In this document: one piece after another, positions 60,390 to 64,000 of the stretch | How positions within the stretch are numbered: position 1 is the first letter of the stretch | Layout of the letters: each line of letters begins with the position of its first letter | NCBI GenBank assembly: GCA_965249135.1 | Contig: OZ252220.1 | Span: forward strand, 352,001-416,000 | Source: Alphaproteobacteria bacterium | GTDB lineage: Bacteria > Pseudomonadota > Alphaproteobacteria > GCA-2746255 | Direction of reading: 5' to 3' | Length of the DNA stretch: 64,000 nt | The notes under the pieces: generated by a model | Seen by the model: only the letters and a program-made list of their open reading frames with translations | What the model was told of the DNA's origin: nothing | Databases searched by the model: none | Program-made: the position numbers and the translations under genes

Positions 60390-62114
60390 ATGACCCGCAA
60401 GTTTGACGAAAAGCAAAACCTGCCGAGCCGTTACGTCTCCGTCGGAGCGGAAAGCGCGCCCCATCGCGCCTTCTACTATGCGATGGGGTTGACGGAGGAA
60501 GAGATCCATCAGCCCTTCGTCGGCGTCGTGACAAGCTGGAACGAAGCCGCGCCCTGCAACATCACGCTCGACCGGCAGGCCCAGGCCGTCAAGCTCGGCG
60601 TGAAATCGGCCGGCGGCATGCCGCGCGAGTTTACGACGATCACGGTGACGGACGGCATCGCGATGGGTCATGAAGGAATGAAGTCTTCGCTCGTCAGCCG
60701 CGAGGTGATCGCCGATTCCTGCGAGTTGACGATGCGCGGGCACTGTTACGATGCGCTTGTCGGACTGGCCGGTTGCGACAAGTCGCTGCCCGGCATCATG
60801 ATGGCGATGCTGCGCCTCAACGTTCCTTCCGTCTTCATGTATGGCGGCACGATCCTTCCCGGCCGCTATGAAGGCCGTGAGGTGACCATCCAGGACGTGT
60901 TCGAGGCGGTCGGTTCTTACAGCGCCGGCAAGATGACGGAAGCGGAGCTGCACGCGCTCGAATGCGTCGCATGCCCCTCGGCCGGTTCCTGCGGCGGTCA
61001 GTTCACGGCGAACACGATGGCCTGCGTTTCCGAAGCCATCGGGCTCGCCCTGCCGGGTTCGGCCGGGGCGCCTGCCCCCTATGAATCCCGCGACGCGTTC
61101 GCCGAGAAAAGTGGCGAGGCGGTCATGCACCTACTGCGCGAAAACATCCGGCCGCGCGACATCGTGACGCGATCCGCGCTCGAGAACGCGGCCATGATCG
61201 TCGCCGCCTCGGGCGGCTCGACGAACGCCGCCCTTCATCTGCCGGCGATCGCGAACGAGGCGGGGATCGACTTCGACCTTACCGCCGTCGCCGAGATTTT
61301 CCGAAAGACGCCGTATCTGGCGGATTTGAAACCCGCCGGCCGCTACGTGGCGAAGGATCTCTACGAGGCGGGCGGCGTGCCGATCCTGATGAAGGCGCTT
61401 CTGGACGGCGGCTACCTGCACGGCGAATGCCTGACGGTGACCGGCCGGACGATCGCCGAGAACTTGAAGGAAGTCGTCTTCCCGACGGATCAGGACGTCG
61501 TGCGCCCGGCATCGAACTCGCTTTCGCCGACCGGCGGCGTCGTCGGGCTCAAAGGGAATTTGGCGCCACAAGGAGCGATCGTGAAGATCGCCGGCATGAC
61601 GGATCTCACGTTTCGTGGGCCCGCGCGTTGCTTCGATCGCGAGGAAGACGCCTTCGAGGCCGTCGAAAACCGCGCCTATGGGGAAGGCGACGTCATCGTG
61701 CTTCGCTACGAAGGGCCACGTGGCGGTCCCGGCATGCGCGAGATGCTGGCGACGACGGCGGCCATCTATGGCCAGGGGATGGGAAACAAGATCGCCCTCA
61801 TTACGGATGGCCGCTTCTCGGGCGCCACCCGCGGCTTCTGCATCGGCCATGTCGGACCGGAGGCGGCCGTCGGCGGCCCCATCGCCCTTCTGAAGGACGG
61901 CGACATGATCGCCATCGATGCAGGCAGGGGCACGATCGAGGTCGAACTCGACGATGCGGAACTCGCGCGTCGTGCCAAGGCCTGGAAGCCGAGGGACAGC
62001 GATTTCGGATCCGGCGCGATTTGGCGGTTTGCCCAGACGGTGGGGGATGCGGCCCAGGGCGCCGTCACCCATCCCGGCGCCAAGGCGGAAAAGCGCGTCT
62101 ACGCCGACATCTGA
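60390..62114 (+). CDS. ilvD: Dihydroxy-acid dehydratase
   Basis: PCN, GCDKS, CGGQFTANTM, GGPGMREML and TDGRFSG. Confidence 0.96.
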   Translation: MTRKFDEKQNLPSRYVSVGAESAPHRAFYYAMGLTEEEIHQPFVGVVTSWNEAAPCNITLDRQAQAVKLGVKSAGGMPREFTTITVTDGIAMGHEGMKSSLVSREVIADSCELTMRGHCYDALVGLAGCDKSLPGIMMAMLRLNVPSVFMYGGTILPGRYEGREVTIQDVFEAVGSYSAGKMTEAELHALECVACPSAGSCGGQFTANTMACVSEAIGLALPGSAGAPAPYESRDAFAEKSGEAVMHLLRENIRPRDIVTRSALENAAMIVAASGGSTNAALHLPAIANEAGIDFDLTAVAEIFRKTPYLADLKPAGRYVAKDLYEAGGVPILMKALLDGGYLHGECLTVTGRTIAENLKEVVFPTDQDVVRPASNSLSPTGGVVGLKGNLAPQGAIVKIAGMTDLTFRGPARCFDREEDAFEAVENRAYGEGDVIVLRYEGPRGGPGMREMLATTAAIYGQGMGNKIALITDGRFSGATRGFCIGHVGPEAAVGGPIALLKDGDMIAIDAGRGTIEVELDDAELARRAKAWKPRDSDFGSGAIWRFAQTVGDAAQGAVTHPGAKAEKRVYADI

Positions 62115-62126
62115 TCGCCCGGTTCC

Positions 62127-62894
62127 TTAAGCAAGCTCGCACCAGATCGGCGTGTGATCGGAAGGTTTCTCCTTTTTTCGGGGGCCCGTGTCGATCTCGC
62201 ATGCTTTGAGGCGGTCGGCGGCCTCCGGCGACAGCAGCAGATGGTCGATGCGAAGGCCAAGGTCCCGCCGCCAGGCGCCGCCCTGGTAATCCCAATAGGT
62301 GAACGCGAGCGCGTCCGGGTGACGCGCGCGAAACGCATCCGTGAGACCCAGATAGGTGAGCGCGCGGAACTTCTCCCGCGTGCGCAGGTCGTAAAGTGCG
62401 TCTCCTTCCCATCCCTGAGGCTCGTAAACGTCTTCCCTTGCCGGAATGACGTTGAAGTCACCGGCTAGCACGAAGGGCTCCTCCGTTTTCAATAGCGCTT
62501 CGGCGTGGCGCTTCAGACGGTCCATCCAACGTAGCTTGTAGTCGAATTTCTCCGTGCCCACCGGGTTCCCGTTCGGAAGGTAGACGGAGGCGACGCGCAA
62601 CGTCTCGACCAGCACTTCCACGTAACGCGCTTGGTCGTCCGCCGTCTCGCCGGGAAGGCGCTTCTCAAAGACCTCCAAGGGGAGGGCGGAAAGGATGGCG
62701 ACGCCGTTATAGGCCTTCTGACCGGCAACAGTGGCGGCGTAGCCGGCCGCCTCGATCTCGAAGAAGGGAAAGTTTTCCTCGATGGTCTTGGTCTCCTGGA
62801 GGCAGACGACGTCCGGCTTTGCCGCCTTCAGCCAGGCAAGCAGGTGGGGGAGCCGGGACTTGATGGAGTTGACGTTCCAGGAGGCGATCTTCAC
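62127..62894 (-). CDS. xth: Exodeoxyribonuclease III
   Basis: SWNVNS, LQETK, YNGVA, GDFN and PSDH. Confidence 0.95.
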   Translation of the reverse strand: MKIASWNVNSIKSRLPHLLAWLKAAKPDVVCLQETKTIEENFPFFEIEAAGYAATVAGQKAYNGVAILSALPLEVFEKRLPGETADDQARYVEVLVETLRVASVYLPNGNPVGTEKFDYKLRWMDRLKRHAEALLKTEEPFVLAGDFNVIPAREDVYEPQGWEGDALYDLRTREKFRALTYLGLTDAFRARHPDALAFTYWDYQGGAWRRDLGLRIDHLLLSPEAADRLKACEIDTGPRKKEKPSDHTPIWCELA

Positions 62895-62913
62895 CGAAAG
62901 CGTAAGCGCCTGT

Positions 62914-63255
62914 TTAGCCGACCGAGAAGGAATTGCCGCAGCCGCAAGACGCGGTCGCGTTCGGATTGCGGATCGCAAAGGCGGAGCCGATCAGGTCTTC
63001 GACGAAATCGACCTCGGCGCCGGCCAGGTATTCGCGGCTGATCTCGTCGATCACCACCTTGGCGCCGTTCCGTTCGATGACGGCATCGTCGTCGTTGGTC
63101 ACGTTGTCGAAGGTGAAATTGTACTGGAAACCCGAGCAGCCGCCACCGGTAACGGCGATGCGCAGCATGTAGCCTTCCTCCGCCTCGCTCGCCATAAGCG
63201 CTGCGATGCGTTTGGCCGCACGCTTCGAAACCGTCACTTTCGCTTCGTTTTCCAT
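62914..63255 (-). CDS. erpA: Iron-sulfur cluster insertion protein
   Basis: GGGCSGFQY and NPNATASCGCGNSF. Confidence 0.93.
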   Translation of the reverse strand: MENEAKVTVSKRAAKRIAALMASEAEEGYMLRIAVTGGGCSGFQYNFTFDNVTNDDDAVIERNGAKVVIDEISREYLAGAEVDFVEDLIGSAFAIRNPNATASCGCGNSFSVG

Positions 63256-63430
63256 TGTCCTCATCTTAAGCCATCTCGGAAGCTGCGCAAAACCGCCCAC
63301 GCCGCTTCTTCTTATGTGGGAAGGATTAGGATTTCGTCAATGTTTTTAATTAGTTCCAAGGCGAACCTTCGCGGTTATCCGGGCAAGGGAAGCGTTGCGT
63401 GGCCTCGTGCCTTCGAAGTAGTGTCCGGCC

Positions 63431-64000
63431 ATGGGGCCGCTTGCCAGCTATGCCTGTCATCCGGAAGAAAGCCGCGGCCGTCGCTTTCCGGAAGAGGAAA
63501 GCCGGATGCGGACGGTCTTTCAGCGGGATCGCGATCGGATCATCCACTGCACGGCCTTCCGCCGTCTCAAATACAAGACCCAGGTCTTCGTCTACCACGA
63601 GGGCGACAACTACCGCACCCGGCTCACCCATACCCTCGAAGTGGCGCAGATCGCGCGTTCCATCGCCCGCGCGCTCGATCTGAACGAGGATTTGGTGGAA
63701 GGCTTGGCGCTGGCCCACGACCTTGGCCATCCGCCCTTCGGCCATGCCGGCGAGACGGGGCTGGACGAGGCGATGGCGGAATTCGGCGGTTTCGACCACA
63801 ACGCCCATACGCTGCGCATCCTGACCCGGCTGGAACGGCGCTATGCGGAATTCGACGGCCTGAATCTCACCTGGGAGACCCTGGAAGGGGTCGTCAAGCA
63901 TAACGGGCCGCTTGCCGGGCGTAAGGCGCAGACCAACCGGGAGGTGTCGGTCGGCATCACCGAGTACGTGCGCGAACACGATCTCGAAATCGAAAGCTTC
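63431..64000 (+). CDS. dgt: dGTP triphosphohydrolase, runs off the right edge
   Basis: Manual translation: [28 protein letters not shown] and [10 protein letters not shown]. Confidence 0.92.
   Translation, partial: MGPLASYACHPEESRGRRFPEEESRMRTVFQRDRDRIIHCTAFRRLKYKTQVFVYHEGDNYRTRLTHTLEVAQIARSIARALDLNEDLVEGLALAHDLGHPPFGHAGETGLDEAMAEFGGFDHNAHTLRILTRLERRYAEFDGLNLTWETLEGVVKHNGPLAGRKAQTNREVSVGITEYVREHDLEIESF

Noticed and set aside
63431-64000. Anti-phage dGTPase
   Set aside because: Host-like composition and the usual xth-erpA-dgt context indicate the housekeeping enzyme

Overview
GC-rich alphaproteobacterial chromosome segment; popZ, erpA, an ETC-complex-I subunit gene and a DUF192 gene fit a Rhodospirillales/Hyphomicrobiales-like organism. 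From left to right: (1) a ~9.6 kb decayed accessory island between DUF192 and tRNA-Pro, with IS3, IS630, IS21 and IS256 relics around one intact autotransporter; (2) core genes for zinc uptake (with an in-frame Zur-ZnuC fusion), sulfur and biotin; (3) a copper locus (copL-like, copA, copB, Met-rich protein, DUF2231) and a thioredoxin-like/merF pair, each behind a MerR/CueR-type promoter; (4) an lvaCAB-like module convergent with a 2-hydroxyisobutyrate (2-HIB) cluster (ThDP lyase, GntR, hcmB, hcl, meaH, two hcmA, DUF3237); (5) a single OLD-family nuclease gene bracketed by a 144-bp duplication of the pcm 3' end; (6) housekeeping genes (tRNA-Asn, tRNA-Cys, pcm, tolC, popZ, valS, ilvD, xth, erpA, dgt). 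The strongest candidate for an undescribed system is the tandem hcmA pair. The copies form a 1713-bp repeat in which all differences I found (20 nt, 6 aa, including an active-site Gln->Gly) fall in one 108-bp patch. This suggests two specificity variants of a B12 mutase kept alike by gene conversion and co-regulated with a 2-hydroxyacyl-CoA lyase. All comparisons were made by eye and family assignments are from motif recognition, not database searches.
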